From Priapulus caudatus (Eukaryota), in the NCBI RefSeq assembly GCF_000485595.1, contig NW_014577076.1, positions 744,727 through 808,726 on the forward strand: a stretch of DNA of 64,000 bases, given 5' to 3'. The position numbers were made by a program, and so were the translations under genes. The first letter of the stretch is position 1. Each line of letters begins with the position of its first letter. Below the pieces are notes generated by a model. That model saw nothing but the letters and a program-made list of their open reading frames with translations, was not told the DNA's origin and searched no databases. Positions 26,601 through 41,328 of the stretch are shown here, piece by piece.

Positions 26601-27778
26601 CGCGGCTGTTGTACGTGACAAAACAATAGCCTATCGTAATTGAATGGGGTGTCTGAAAAAAACACAAAAGTGCATAGAATCTGCCGTGCGTGCGCGGAGA
26701 ATGCGTTATTAAATGTGGGCGTGTTTGGAATCGAACTACTGTCTGAGTAGGGCTGACTGCTGCGTGCCTCCTACCTCCACTTGCGCCCCACTCCTTGACT
26801 CATATGACTCCACTTCGATTCCATTCCATTTCCATTCTTCTTTCTCCTCCTCCTTCTCTTCCTGCTAACCACTCTCTCGATATTCGGCCTCTTCAAAAAT
26901 CTCGCTTTGTTCACATTCCTCAGTTTCTCCCATTCTCACACCGCTGTTTATCCCTTCCGCTTCCGTTCGCGCGCCTCTCTCTCTCTCTCCTTCTCACAAA
27001 CACGCTCTACCTCTCCCTCTCCCTCTCCCTCTCCCTCTCTCTCTGCTCTGCTCGCCTCTGCGCATCTTCCTCTCCCTCTTCCTCTCCGCCCCTAATCTGC
27101 TCCTCTCGGCTTCGTCCGTTGCCTTCTTCCCTCTCACGCTGCTGCTCTTGCGCTCTCCCTATCCCTTTCCATTTCCCCCTCTCTCTATAGAGCTTGTCTC
27201 TGGGCCTCTTTCCATATCTCTTCTGCCCAATTCTTGTCTCGTCCTCCATCTCGTGCCCCCGCTCGCTCTCTCTATTCTCTCTCTCTCTCTCTTTTTCTAC
27301 TGCTTCTCGTCGTCTCTCTTCCTCTCTCTGGTCGTCTGCATTCTCTCGTCTCTAATGTCTTTGCTCTTCGTCTCTCTCTCTGCTCTTCTCTCTCGTGCAT
27401 CTTCTCTCTATTTCCTCTCGTCTCTGTCTCTCTCTATGTCTCTCTCTCTCTCTCTGCTCTTCGTCGCTCTTCATCTTTTCTCTTTCTCGGCTCTCATCTC
27501 TCTCTGTCTCTCTCTCTCTTTTTTCCTCTCTCTTCTGTCCCTCTTTCTATGCCTCTCTGTTAGCGTCAGGTGTTTTCCAACATCTCATTCTCCTTCATGG
27601 GATTCGCTCTCGGGCTGGCTTCCCCCGCTATGCCCGCCCCCCGTCTCTTTCTCGTGCTCTTTCTTCTCTCTCTCTCTCTCGTCTCTTCTCTTCTCTTCTC
27701 CTGAGGGTCTCCTCTCTTTTCTTGCTCTCTCTCTCTTCTCACCCTCTCTATCTCTCTCTCTTAGATAGAGAGGGTATA

Positions 27779-27809
<31 letters not shown>

Positions 27810-28689
27810 ATCTATCTCTCACTGTTCTGCTGTCTGTCAGCTGCGTCCGTGGGTGATTGATGAAGCCTCTCTTATAGAACAAGGCAGCGATGCACAGCAC
27901 GATAGTCTATATATGCGACTCTGGTCTTCTAAGCGCTGGCATTACTAACCGGCCAGTCTTCCTGCCCTCATTTCATCGCATGGGAATTGAGCGGCCATTT
28001 TGGAAAATTTCATTAGAAAGGTCGTCTCGTGCAGCGGCGTCCATTATGAGAATGAAGTCGAGTGCTTTAGTTCGGAGATTTGCGATGCTAAATTGCCAGC
28101 CATTATCTGGAGAAATCAACGTCAGGCTCATGCAGGGCCTCGTATCTCGTGTAAGCGCTGTTTAGTATGCATCGGTGGGGCTTCTTCTCAGAAACCTCGT
28201 CCATTTGCTATTTCTACGATGGTGGATGATGGGATCCATCGCGTCAGGCGGCAGAAGCCCTCCCCATGTCTATCCTCCCCGCGTATACGATGTGTGGCCA
28301 TCAAATCAGTAACGTGTATAGTTATGCATATTGTGCATAGTGCATAGTTAATAAGTAATAGTGTATGCATGGTGTATGTAGAGTTATAGGTTCGGAGTGT
28401 GTCAGCGAAATTTTAACGAACACGTTTGCACATGCACACGCTCACACATCGCGCGCCATTGGTCTAATAGGTTAATATCTCTCGATATTATCATGCAAGC
28501 ATGCAGTCGCACGTGAATAATAATTACATGCGTGGTCTTTGGGAGAACATTAGCTGACGTAGCTTCGAGTGTTCACACATCACCTGTTTGAACGAGTTGG
28601 CTTACATCTCAGATAAGTTACAAACGTAGTTATTGAGTTTATTTTTGAAATTACATTACATTTCTTTGCGCACTCTTTTTAAAAACTGT

Positions 28690-29050
28690 CATCACCACCA
28701 CCACAACTATCACCACCACTATCACCACCACTATCACCACCACTATCACCACCACTACCTTCATCACCACCAACACCACCACCAACACCACCAACACCGC
28801 CAACACCACCAACACCACCAATACTGCCACCAACACCAACACCACCACCACCACTGCCACTACCACTACCACTACCACTACCACTACCACTACCACTACC
28901 ACTACCACTACCACTACCACTACCACTAACACCAGCACCAGCACCACTACCACCAACACCAACACCAACACCAACACCAACACCAAAGCCAACACCAACA
29001 CCAACACCACTCCCGCCGTTACAACCGCTATCGCCATCACCACCGCCATC
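28690..29050. repeat. Compound CAC/CACTAC/CAACAC microsatellite
   Basis: Direct inspection. Confidence 0.9.
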
Positions 29051-30049
29051 ACGCAACTATTTTTACGCCGGTTCCAGCAACAGCTGCAGCAACAGTAAAG
29101 GACCAACGTTTCTACATGCGCCTTTCTATATCGCCAGCGGCCAGCCGCGCTTGCCATTGTATACAGTATTAAACAGCGACTATAAAGTGCTTCGACTGAA
29201 GAAAGATGATTCCTGCATTTATTGATAAACATTTTATTTTTAATGCGCTACATTAGCATTTACACACGGTAAAATATTCGAGATTATGCGCGTCATTGTG
29301 ATGTCGCGGAGCGTTTGCCGCGAAGTGCACTCGTTCGCTCATTCAAAATTCTTGGGGGTTTTCACTTTTCACCATATTTATGCAATAATATAAAAATATA
29401 TTTATATTGGATAGCAGTAGGCCTTATGTAGGGCATTACATGGATGTGATGGAATAATGGTCCGGCTAAAATAAATAAATATATCATGCGTTGTTATTTA
29501 AAATCGTTGCTCCGTAGTAATATTCTCGATGTTTCTGCATCCCTGCTTCTAGCCCGGCCATATCTGCTCGGCGTACAGCATTTAAATGATGACTTAATGT
29601 TTCTCTCTTCAAATTAAGTTAACTCTCCGTTAAGTTATTCCTTGGTGTTTGCGATGCTACATATGAAAGTTATTAGTTGGCGCTGAGTTGATCGACTGGC
29701 AGGCAGCGGGCGGCTGCAGACAAGATGCCGGGAGAGGAGAGAGAAAAGAGCAGACGGGGAGGAGGAGAGCGTACGCTAAATCACGCATAGACATGCGGGA
29801 GTAATGCGCGGATGCCGCGGGCTATGAGAATATAGCTGGTCTTAGTTCGGGGGGTGATATCGATGTCGAGGAGCATCTTCGCGACGCGTCGTCTTGTGCA
29901 ATTTCTTACGTACGTCGGCGTGCGCTGTGACACCCTAGCGTGCACGACCGTGGTGCCCTCACACAGCACGCAGCACTGTGCACCGGCGTGCCCGAGTATG
30001 CAGCAATCACCAGCCCACTCTGCGTATACCTCGCCCCGCTCTACCTACC

Positions 30050-33000
30050 TCCACGCACTACTGCGTACCACTACGCACTACTGTGTACCACCATGCACTA
30101 CCGTGTACCACCACGCACTACCGTGTACCACCACGCACTACCGTGTACCACCATGCACTACCGTGTACCACCATGCACTACCGTGTACCACCATGCACTA
30201 CTGTATGCCACAACGCACTACCGTGTACCACCATGCATCACCGTGTACCACCACGCACTACCGTGTACCACCATGCACTACCGTGTACCATCATGCACTA
30301 CTGTGTACCACCATGCACTACCGTGTACCACCATGCACTACCGTGTACCACCATGCACTACCGTGTACCACCATGCACTACCGTGTACCACCATGCACTG
30401 CTACCGTGTACGCACCGAGCGAACTACCCGTGTACCCAGCATGCACTACCGTGTACCGAGCATGCACTATCGTGTACCCACCATGCACGTACCTGTGTAC
30501 ATCATGCCACTATAGCCGGTGTAGCCACCGATGAAACTAGGAGACGGTGTTACGCACACGCACTACGCGTGTACACATGCACTAATCGGTGTACCACTGC
30601 ACGAGTGTTACCACGGTCATGGCACGTACTGTGTAGACGGCTACATGCACTACTGTGTACCACATGCCTTACGTGTACAGACCTGCATACGTGTTACCAC
30701 ACGCATACGTGTACCACGCCATGCACTAATGTGTACGCTGATGGCACTACCGTGTAGCCACCAGCACTACCGTGTACCACCATTCACTATCGGAGTGTAC
30801 GCAACGATGCACTAACCGGTGTAGCATCATGCAGCTACGTGTACCACACCACTACTGTGTGCACATGCACTACGTGTACGTGATCTATGCAACTACCACC
30901 GGTCGTCACGAGCGCCCATCGCACTTACGCGTGTCCAGCATGCGACTACCGTGTACATACATGCACTCTCGCAGGTAATCCATGCACTAGCGTGTACCAT
31001 CATGGCACGGTACGTGTACGCAGGCACGCACCTACCGTGTACACCATGCACTATGTAGCATCATGCAGCTACCGTGTTACCATGCACGTACGTGTCGCAC
31101 ATGCAGCTAGCGCGTGTACCATCATGCACTAGCGTGTAAACATGGCACTACCGTGTACCACGCATAGCACTATCGACGTGTACGATCATGCACTACGTGT
31201 ACATCATGCACTACCGTGTACGCACATGCATACCGTGTACCACGTGATGCAGCTACCGGTGTACCATCATGCACTACTGGGTGTACGACCAACACTACGA
31301 GTGTACCACCACGGCACATACGTGGTTACCACATGCACTACCGTGTACCCACCATGCACTACATGTGTCGACACGCAGCGTAGCCGTGTACCCATGCACT
31401 ACCGTGTACCGCACGCACGTACGTGTACCATTGCATTGCACTAATCGTGTACCGACAGCATATGGGCACGTGTAGCCAGCACGCACGTTCGTAGTACGCC
31501 ACGAACTACGTTGTACGTGGACGTGTACCAGCCAGAGCTACTACGTGTACCACCACGGAGTTCTGGTACGCGTGTACCACCATGCACTACCGTGTACCAC
31601 GCATGCACTTACCGTGTACCACAGCACTAGTGCTACCCGTGTACCACCACGCACTACCGGTGTACCACGCATGCACTACTGTGTACGCACCGATGCCTAC
31701 CGGTGTACGGCACCATGCACGTACCGTTGTACCACATGCACTAGTGTACGCCACGCACTGAGCGGTGTACACCACGCACATGAACCGTGTACACCATGGG
31801 ACTACGCGTGTAAGCGACCATGCACTACGGTGTACCAACGCACGCACGTAGCGTGTACCGACCACGCACTACGTGTACGGCACCAATGGCACTACCGTGT
31901 AGAGATCATGCACTACCAGGTGTATCGCACAGCGCACTACCGTGTACACGCATGAGCACTAACCGGTGTCATCTATGCACTACCGTGTAGGATCATGCAC
32001 TAGCGCGGTGGTACCGAACGCACTACGTGTACCACATGACACTACCGTAGTACGGACCATGCAGCTACCCGTGTAGCCACCATGCACTAGCGTGATACCA
32101 ACATGCACTACCGTGTACCACCATGCACTCCGCGTGTACCACCATGGCAACTGACGTGTACCATGGCATGCACGTACCTGTGTACCCCACATGCACTACG
32201 CGTGTAGCGACGATGCACTACCGTGTAGCCACACATGCACTACAAGTGTACCGATCCATGGCACTGACTGTAGTAGCCACCATGCACGCTACCTGTGCTA
32301 CGTGACCATGCATAGGCCGCTGGTCCAACCATGCAAGTAACTGTGTAGCACATGCACTATCGTGTAGCCGACCATAGCATACGCGTGTAGCAGGCACCAT
32401 GCACGTAGGCGTGTAGCCACCGACGCACNNNNNNNNNNNNNNNNNNNNNNNNNNNNNNNNNNNNNNNNNNNNNNNNNNNNNNNNNNNNNNNNNNNNNNNN
32501 NNNNNNNNNNNNNNNNNNNNNNNNNNNNNNNNNNNNNNNNNNNNNNNNNNNNNNNNNNNNNNNNNNNNNNNNNNNNNNNNNNNNNNNNNNNNNNNNNNNN
32601 NNNNNNNNNNNNNNNNNNNNNNNNNNNNNNNNNNNNNNNNNNNNNNNNNNNNNNNNNNNNNNNNNNNNNNNNNNNNNNNNNNNNNNNNNNNNNNNNNNNN
32701 NNNNNNNNNNNNNNNNNNNNNNNNNNNNNNNNNNNNNNNNNNNNNNNNNNNNNNNNNNNNNNNNNNNNNNNNNNNNNNNNNNNNNNNNNNNNNNNNNNNN
32801 NNNNNNNNNNNNNNNNNNNNNNNNNNNNNNNNNNNNNNNNNNNNNNNNNNNNNNNNNNNNNNNNNNNNNNNNNNCCGTGTACCACCACGCACTACCGTGT
32901 ACCACCATGCACTACTGTGTACCACCATGCACTACCGTGTACCACCATGCACTACCGTGTACCACCATGCACTACTGTGTACCACCATGCACTACCGTGT

Positions 33001-33070
33001 ACCACCATGCACTACCGTGTACCACCATGCACTACTGTATGCCACAACGCACTACTGTGTACCACTATGC
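30050..33070. repeat. 20-bp minisatellite (CCATGCACTACCGTGTACCA) spanning gap 32429-32874
   Basis: Clean units at 30070-30400 and 32875-33060; indel-rich in between. Confidence 0.95.
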
Positions 33071-33689
33071 ATTAACATCACTAAAGTACACACGATTATG
33101 TAGAGTGAGCAGGCGGACATGATTCTGCAGCCAGTGGCACCAGTATGCATGCCTGTGTTGTCCTGACTTTAACGCCATACTACAGCGGGACGCTTACACG
33201 CATACGACAGACCGTTGGAATCGATTTCCGAGTTTCTGCCAAGTCAATTACAGAATTGGGCGCATAAGCGTGTAAGCGTGACCTACGATAGATACCGAGC
33301 GTGAGCGTGCGTGAGCCGCCACCAGCTCCAGTCAGCATCGGCTGCTCTCCTCTTTACAAGCGCCGGAGAAGGAGCATCTGAAAGGAAGCGTGTTATCTCA
33401 AATTCCAGAAGTGATCGTTTACCGTCAGAGGTCCTCCCATATATGTCAATGGTTGCCGAGAATTTTCCTGCCCGGCGGCAAATATACATTTTCTGTATAT
33501 TGCTTTCGCGTGTTTATTCTGTGGGTCAACAAAGGCGGAGATAGGTTTCCTGGGGCTTTTATATGTGTGCTTGCTCATGGCAGCTTCAGTGGATGTGCAT
33601 GAAATTATCGCTCTCTTCTCTCACCCTCTTTCCGTCTCCATTTTCCTCGCGCGTACACGCGCGCTCACATGTGCTTTCTCCCACTTTAT

Positions 33690-33774
33690 TTATCTATCTA
33701 TCTAACTATCTATCTATCTATCTATATATCTATCTATCTATCTAACTATCTATCTATCTATCTATCTATCTATA

Positions 33775-33856
<82 letters not shown>

Positions 33857-33944
33857 ATATATCTATCTATCTATCTATAACTATCTATCTATCTATCTAT
33901 CTATCTATTATCTATCTATCTAACTATCTATCTATCTATCTATA

Positions 33945-33978
<34 letters not shown>

Positions 33979-33996
33979 ACTATCTATCTATCTATA

Positions 33997-34044
<48 letters not shown>

Positions 34045-34070
34045 AATCTATATATATCTATCTATCTATC
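33690..34070. repeat. (TATC)n microsatellite
   Basis: Direct inspection. Confidence 0.97.
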
Positions 34071-34095
34071 NNNNNNNNNNNNNNNNNNNNNNNNN

Positions 34096-34147
<52 letters not shown>

Positions 34148-34257
34148 TGTGTGCGCGCGCGCGTGCGTGCGTGCGTGTGTGTCGAGAAAGAGAGAGGGAG
34201 AAAGGGAGTTTTTTGTTGTTTATGAAAATTTCCAATTTTATGGTTTTATCAAATTAA

Positions 34258-34325
<68 letters not shown>

Positions 34326-35385
34326 CGTGCGTGCGTGCGTGTGTGTCTACCGCCTTCTCTCTTTCTCTCTCTCACCATCTGCCTCTCTATATCTATCTGC
34401 TTTGATGATCATTAATAAAGCGAGATGGGCGATGCAGAGAGAGAGAGAGAGAGAGAGAGTGCGTGCGCGAAAGAGAGAGACCGAGTGAGGGGGAGTGAGG
34501 GAGAGAGAGCAGTAGCCGTGATTAGCGGCGCAAACGTGCACATTAACCGCACGCAGCTCTCGCACGCGCGGTCTATGCGGCCGAACGGTGAGCGCGCGCC
34601 AAAGCTGGCAAGCGCGCAAAATGGCTCGAAATAAGATTTGGACTTGGATGAAGACTGATCGTGATTAATTTGCTCTGCTTGTACGTGCGTGAGAACGACG
34701 AGAGCTGCTCACATCTGCGCATGCTCGGCTGCTGCGGGCGTGTGCGTGCGCTCTGTGCTTAGCTAGTTGTCTTAGTGCTGCAGCGTATTTAGTGATCCTA
34801 GAACTAGTGCGGATAGTGTGCTGTAATCCTGGGACTCAGCTAATGCTTAGTGCTCCTACTGTTAATTTACTGCATCTGCAGTTTAGCTCGTGTTCCTCCT
34901 TAATTAGCTAGTACCCACAGAGCTTATCTAGTACCCACAAGGGTTTGGCAAGTTCTTCCGGAGCTTAGCCGGTGAATCCCGTTCGCTGGGTGCTAGTGTG
35001 CCACACTCTTCGCTATTGCTCCCAGTCTTGGGTGGTGGTCGTGTACTTGCCTAGACGTCCTCGTTGGTGATTATGTAGTGTATAAGCCTACACGTGTACA
35101 GCGTACATACTGGACCTATATAATTGACTATGTAGATCGTTTATCGCGTGGTAAACTAAGCACTGGGGTTAATTTATGAGTTGAACTGTATGTTGCAGAC
35201 GATCGTGCGTCTTTAATGCGTCTTATTACATGGCTTCAAGCGTTGAAGTTATTAGATCACATCTTAGCTAAAAATTGAAAAAGAACTGAGCTAAAAAGAG
35301 CTTCAGGAAGGAAAACACGCGCTTTTAATAAGAAACATGTTCTACCAATCTTACCCGAGAGGAAGTTTCCGAGGATGGCTAATAT

Positions 35386-35425
35386 CAGGGGTTAGTAATG
35401 ACAAATTTGTCATTATTAACCCCTG
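35386..35425. mobile_element. 40-bp loopless palindromic insertion (two abutting TIRs) with 7-bp TSD
   Basis: CTAATAT[CAGGGGTTAGTAATGACAAA TTTGTCATTATTAACCCCTG]CTAATAT; 1 mismatch in 20 bp. Confidence 0.75.
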
Positions 35426-35649
35426 CTAATATGTAGAGTCAATGTATAACTGTCATAGTAAAATGTATAACTCGGAAAATTTTATGCAAGAAAAAGGAAA
35501 TTGGTGTATGTGTGCGCGCGTGCGTGCGTGTGTGTGGGTGCGCATGTGTGCGTACACGGGCATATGTGTTTGCGCACCTCATACCTGTTCACATTGATCG
35601 AAAATTATTAGTAAATTTAAACCCTAACAATAGATTGATGTTTTTTTGA

Positions 35650-36248
35650 AGGAATACTTTACTCTAGAATTTGAGAGTATATTATGATTGTAGATTTAAA
35701 AATAATAGCACATACCTATAAATATCTATAATTACGTATTCACGTTTGTCATAAAACAACATTGAATTTTGAAATCTTCATTTTTGGGCGCTGACATGAC
35801 ACCCGCGCCTGTGCTGCCACCCTGAAAAAGTTGCGCATTTGCCAAAATATTTTGCACGTTACAGACCGAGGGCTAATCACAAAAGTCCAATTTTATTTAT
35901 ACCTAAATGCTATTTAACCGAACGATATTCATTTAGGACAAATTTATCCATATTATAACTGAAACTATATGTCGTTTATAAGATATTGCAATCCTTCTGC
36001 TTTTAAATTAATAAATAAGAAACACCCTCGGTATGTAGCCTGCGGCCGAAACGTTGCTTTGCGCAACTTTTCAGTGGGTGCGCTGCCGGTGGCGCCACCG
36101 TCGTTGTAAGCAACGACGTATAGCCGTCAGTTGTAAAACATTTTTTTTAAATATTTCAAATAAATATTGAACCATAAAACTTTTTATGAAGCGTAATTTT
36201 AACCTAAATCAACTGAAAATAACCCTAGAACCTAGAGTCAAGTATTCC
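35650..36248 (-). mobile_element. Kolobok-like MITE, copy 2 (inverted relative to copy 1)
   Basis: TIRs GGAATACTTTACTCTAG / CTAGAGTCAAGTATTCC (1 mismatch in 17); shares long blocks with 10534-11121. Confidence 0.78.
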
Positions 36249-38167
36249 ACATCACAGACAATAATTTTTTTTATTTATGTGCATGCACCAGTTAGGGTGA
36301 CCAGCAGACTTTAATTTCTCATCGGGGTATTTCTATAATAATGAGCTATTGCCGAGCTATATATATATATATATATAATAACGCCTCCTGGCGATAGATA
36401 TCGTGCTTGCCTAGGCTATAGCCGCAAACATTGACATAGTAATGCATTCCGCGCTCACATCCTAGCGCATGCGACCAGCTTGTACGTATGTACAAGATGT
36501 ACATGTATGTAGATAGACCCGTGTATGAATGCTGCGGGCACACGAGTACGCGCTCATACACGCACGCACTCGGGCACGCGCGCACGCAGACACGCATCCG
36601 ACTAAATCTCGATGCGTTTCAGCGGTGCCTGGGGTGACACTAGTCTTTCCCCGTGGTAGTGAATCGTCAGCAGATAATTGTCATGTATTCTAAACAGCTA
36701 TTCGTCATCGTTAGTAAAACTACATGGGGTCAAAACTGACATCCACTACTCGCAAGCACGTGAACATTACTTACGTTCATCACGTTCGTTAATATCTCTA
36801 CTTAAAATCGTTACCTCTCAAATAAATTCAGAAATAACAACATGTAGACAAATTAGGTCTCACCTCCCTATATTAGCGTAAATATTACTGATTACGCCTG
36901 CATTAAAATTGCCACGAGTCTGTGCTGTTATACGCTACAAAACAGCAAATAAACAGCAAACATGAGCTTGCATTCCTGAGGTTCGCAAAAATGAGGAGAT
37001 GCGGAAGGATGATAGGCACATAGGATCCCGCTTCAGCCCTTCTAAACTCATGGAGCTTAGAGAGGGCCGGGCAGAGATAGAATCCAAGGGCGATTTTCCG
37101 TCAACCTGAATTTCCGCAATTGGAAATTGAATAATCGTAACATAAAAGTTAGGTGGACCAAAACATGACTGATTAACACCCAAATTTGATAGATAGATAT
37201 ATATATATAATATATCAGGTATACCAAATAGGTCAATATCTGCCATGCGCGGAGCGCTTGTATGTCAATTAAAATAACAAACCTAAAGGTGGGATCCCAG
37301 ATATAGAAATCTGACAAGAATTCTTCTTCACGCGAATTGTGGACCGTTTTCGCATTTGTGGAATTGTCTTAGGTTAGGTGTAAGACAGGGATATGATTTT
37401 GTGTGAAGGATGTGAGTCATGCATCGTTCACCCACGTGAAAACGATTGTAAGCTGTCGCGTAATGCATTTTCAATTACATACGAGTTGAAAGCGACTCGT
37501 GCTGTTGGTGAATTGTACGTTTTTGCTGCATTACGTTGCATGCTCGAACGTTATATTACGTGCGAGTAATTCGCCGGCCGTGTCCACGCAAGAGAACGCA
37601 AATAACTCGGCATATGAGTTTATTCGAAATAATAAATTTATATTTGCAAACCAGATTTAAAAAAACCGATAGAAGGTTTCTATGCGCTTCGCAGTTTTTA
37701 CCGCATCGTACATAATCCCGTTATAATTGCGCGCCGAGGATTTCTATTAGCAGTTAGATGCGCTGTAAATGTTGAAGCCTTCGTGTCCGGTTATCGTGAT
37801 TTCCACATTCATGCGGGAATTGATTCGTCGACGCGTGAATTGCGGCAAGCAACGGCGCTTCTAGCGCATGTCGTCCGCTTGTAATCACCTTGTTCGTGCG
37901 TGCGTGCGTGCGTGCGTGCGTTCGTTTGTTCGTGCGCTTTTCCGTCCGATCGTTCATTTGCTCAATCGTTTGTTCGTTTGCGCGGTGACATCGGCCGCAT
38001 GTTTCCGTATTTTTGACGTTCTGTTATTTTTACTGCTGATTTAATGATGTCACTGTAACGATGGGTAACGTTGAGAAATTGCACGATATGTGCGTGGCTC
38101 TACTGCGTCTACCTGCGCACTTACCTGTCCACCTGTACAACTGTACCCATGTGCTTATGCAGGTGTG

Positions 38168-38224
<57 letters not shown>

Positions 38225-39246
38225 AATATGTACGTTTAGCGGCGCGGCGCGGGCGCGCAGGCGTGTTTGTGTAATGCCTTTCAGCGACTGTTTAGTACGT
38301 CGGTTGTTTCGGCGTGTAAATTTATATGCTGTCATCTATGACGTGAGAATGGCCAGGTTCGGGCTGCCGTGTTTGCGCACAGCGCAGCTGCTCGCCTAGG
38401 AAAACACGCACGGCCGTCGGCGATTAATAAATAAAAACGGCACATTAGATAGGGATGCCCAACTGATAGGATAAATCAGTAATGTTAATAAATTAGTGTG
38501 GGTCAACACTCTATCACCCGCGGCCGAAGAACAAGGCACTAGAGCCCAGAAACTCCTGGGAGAGAGAGAGAGAAGAGAGAGACTGAGAGAGAGAGAGGAG
38601 AGAGAGAGAGAGAGGAGCCCGCCAGAGAGAGAGAGCGAGGGGTAGCGGAAGATACGGAGAGAAGAGGAAGAGAGAGAAGGGCGGGATGAGTGAGTGGGCT
38701 GGATGGATGGATGGATGGATGAGAGCGATGATGAATGGATGAGTGAGGGATGAAGGCTGGAGGATGGATGGAGGGATGGATGGATGATGATGGAGATGGA
38801 GGTCGATGAAGGAATGAGTGATGGTTGTGATGGATGGCATTGTGTATGGATGTGGCATGGATGTGATTGATGGCAATGATGATGAGACTGGTGAGAATGT
38901 GAAGTTGATGGGCAGTATAAGGCGGGATGGAGTGGATGGAAGGGAGTGAGATGAAGGAATGATGGATGGGATGCGAGTGGGTTGGTGGTGTTTTGGGCGG
39001 ATGGATGTTAGCGTTGATGGAATAAGCATAAGATAAGAACAGATAGAAGAAGTTGCATATAAATATAATACTATATATATATAATACATAGTATATGTTA
39101 TGTAAGAGAGAGAGAGAGAGAGAGAATAGATAGACGGACACGATAGATACATGGCATGGACTGGATGAACGACGACGACGGCACGTACGACGGACGACGG
39201 ATGATGACTAGAAAGAGGTAGCGAGAGAGAGAGAGGGAGAAGAGAT

Positions 39247-39286
<40 letters not shown>

Positions 39287-40039
39287 CGGCGGATAAAATT
39301 AGTAGGAAGTACTAGATATAAAATCGCGCTATATCTATCGCGCTAACTATCGCACTTCGCCCTGCCCTCCCGCAGCCGGTTATTAGGCAAGGACAATACC
39401 ATGTCATTCTCCACGGCTGATTTAGCAACTGCAGACGAGAGGCTTGCATGAGCTCATCCACGACGCTGTACCATGGTGTTTTTTAAGATTCAGTGATGCG
39501 AAGACGCAAATCCATTAAGCCCAGCTGCATTCAATACACGGCGGGTGATCGGTGCAGCGGCAGCGGCAGCGCAGGAATCTGCACGCAGATCAAAAACTCG
39601 CAGTAAATTTGAAGTCACGTCACACAGCGCGCGACAGATTTGCTCATCGCCGACAGAAAAGGGTCGGCGGCTTCAAAGCGCACCGCCTCGCGCACAATCA
39701 CCGCAGCGCTTTCCGTGTCACTGACCATCGATGGACGCGGGAGTTTTTTCTGCGGCCCTGTGTGACCCGCTGGTTGTGAAACTGTGAGCCCGCTACCGCC
39801 TTCGCCCCCCCCCCCCGGCTGGCTGCCGTCACAGATGCGATCACCTTGTTCAGCAGACATGCAGTCAGACGTGCATGCAGTTACGGCAAGTGAGGTCAGC
39901 GTGTATGAGGAGTGCTGGAGGAGATGTGATGATGCTGGGAGAGAGATCCTGTGGCTGGTCGATGTATGGTGGTGGTGCGAGAGGGAATATTGCTGGAAGA
40001 GGGATGGCGATGCTAGAAGTGAGATTATAATTATGGAAG

Positions 40040-40222
40040 AGGGAGGTGGTGATGCTGGGAGAGGGATAGTGATGCTGGGAGAGGGATGGTGATACTGGGA
40101 GAGGGATGGTGATGCTGGGAGAGGGATGGTGATGCTGGGAGAGGGATGGAGATGCTGGGAGAGGGATGGTGATGCTGGGAGAGGGATGGTGATGCTGGGA
40201 GAGGGATGGTGATACTGGGAGA
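40040..40222. repeat. 20-bp minisatellite (GATGCTGGGAGAGGGATGGT), about 9 units
   Basis: Direct tandem copies. Confidence 0.93.
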
Positions 40223-41296
40223 GCTGGAGTGATGATGCGGAAAGTTAGCCATGGTGGCCTTCATATGCAATCTCACGTCATCCAACCGGAATCAATTTTC
40301 AGTGTGGAGTTTCGCGAGTTCCTGAGGCCCGGATTTCGCGTTTATGGCGATTTCGGGAAGAGACGACGATGATGTCTTTTTTGCCGTGGTTGTTGAGCTT
40401 GTTCTGTTTCGTGATGGTGTGTAAGGGCTTTTGTGTAGTGAAGCCATGTATGCGGGATGCAGATATCAGCTGCCGTGCACGTTTCATGTTATTGCTGAAA
40501 TTATTTCTCTTGTGAACGAGCACGTGTCTAGCCAATGATGGCGATACGCATAACTCATTGAAATTCGTCGTCGATACGGAGAGAGAGAGCGCGCGCGAGA
40601 GAGAGTGTGTGTCGTAGCCTGTCTCTCTAGATCTCGTGTGGCTGTCTAAGTGAAGCCATGTGCAGCTGTCTGATTTTACGCATATAGGTGGTTGCCGTAG
40701 ATGTTGGTTTGCGTGAGTGAGTGAGTTCGTATAGTGGAGTGGCTGTGGCGGAATCGTGTTAGTATGTATAATTACGCACGAAACGCATGCATCGCAATGT
40801 AAACGCTATTACAAAGGAGTGGTTCGAAGCGCCCACTGTCATATTCAGCGCATGCATTATTTGTTTGGTTATTGAATTATTACGTTGCGGGAGGAGCCGG
40901 TGTTCGTGTGGCACCGTGAGATCGATACTGGTGTTTTTAAAACGCGTACACACGTTAATGGCGTCGCGCGGGGCATACTGAATACAGGTCACATACACCA
41001 CGCTGAACCACGTTTCCCCTTAAGCTCACTTGTTCTCTGCCGGAGTAGCAGCAGCACGTTAGAAGCCCTGATTTACAATAGCAACTAATGATGAGTAATG
41101 TTTGCGTTGAGAGAAAGAGAGAAAGAGTGAGTGAAATGTAATGTTTTCAGCGTCTTGCTGTGAGTCGCGGGAAATAGCTGCGACATAAGCGTCAGTCATT
41201 CTCGAGCTAATTATGAAAAATTGTGTTTTCATTGCACGTCTCCACCCTCTCCCCACTGTACACACGCACGCAGCCACATACATAAGCATGTACCCA

Positions 41297-41328
<32 letters not shown>

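Noticed and set aside
25930..26643. 237-aa ORF
   Set aside because: No recognisable domain; it includes a CT-rich tract and a degenerate ~30-bp repeat.
28651..29232. Poly-Val, Gly-rich and His-rich ORFs
   Set aside because: They are microsatellite translations.
29854..33122. Long Cys/His-rich ORFs (e.g. 29978..30757) as metal-binding proteins
   Set aside because: They are translations of a stop-free 20-bp minisatellite, open in several frames.
40235..40330. Possible promoter (CACGTCA, CCGGAA motifs)
   Set aside because: Short motifs are expected by chance, and no linked first exon was identified.
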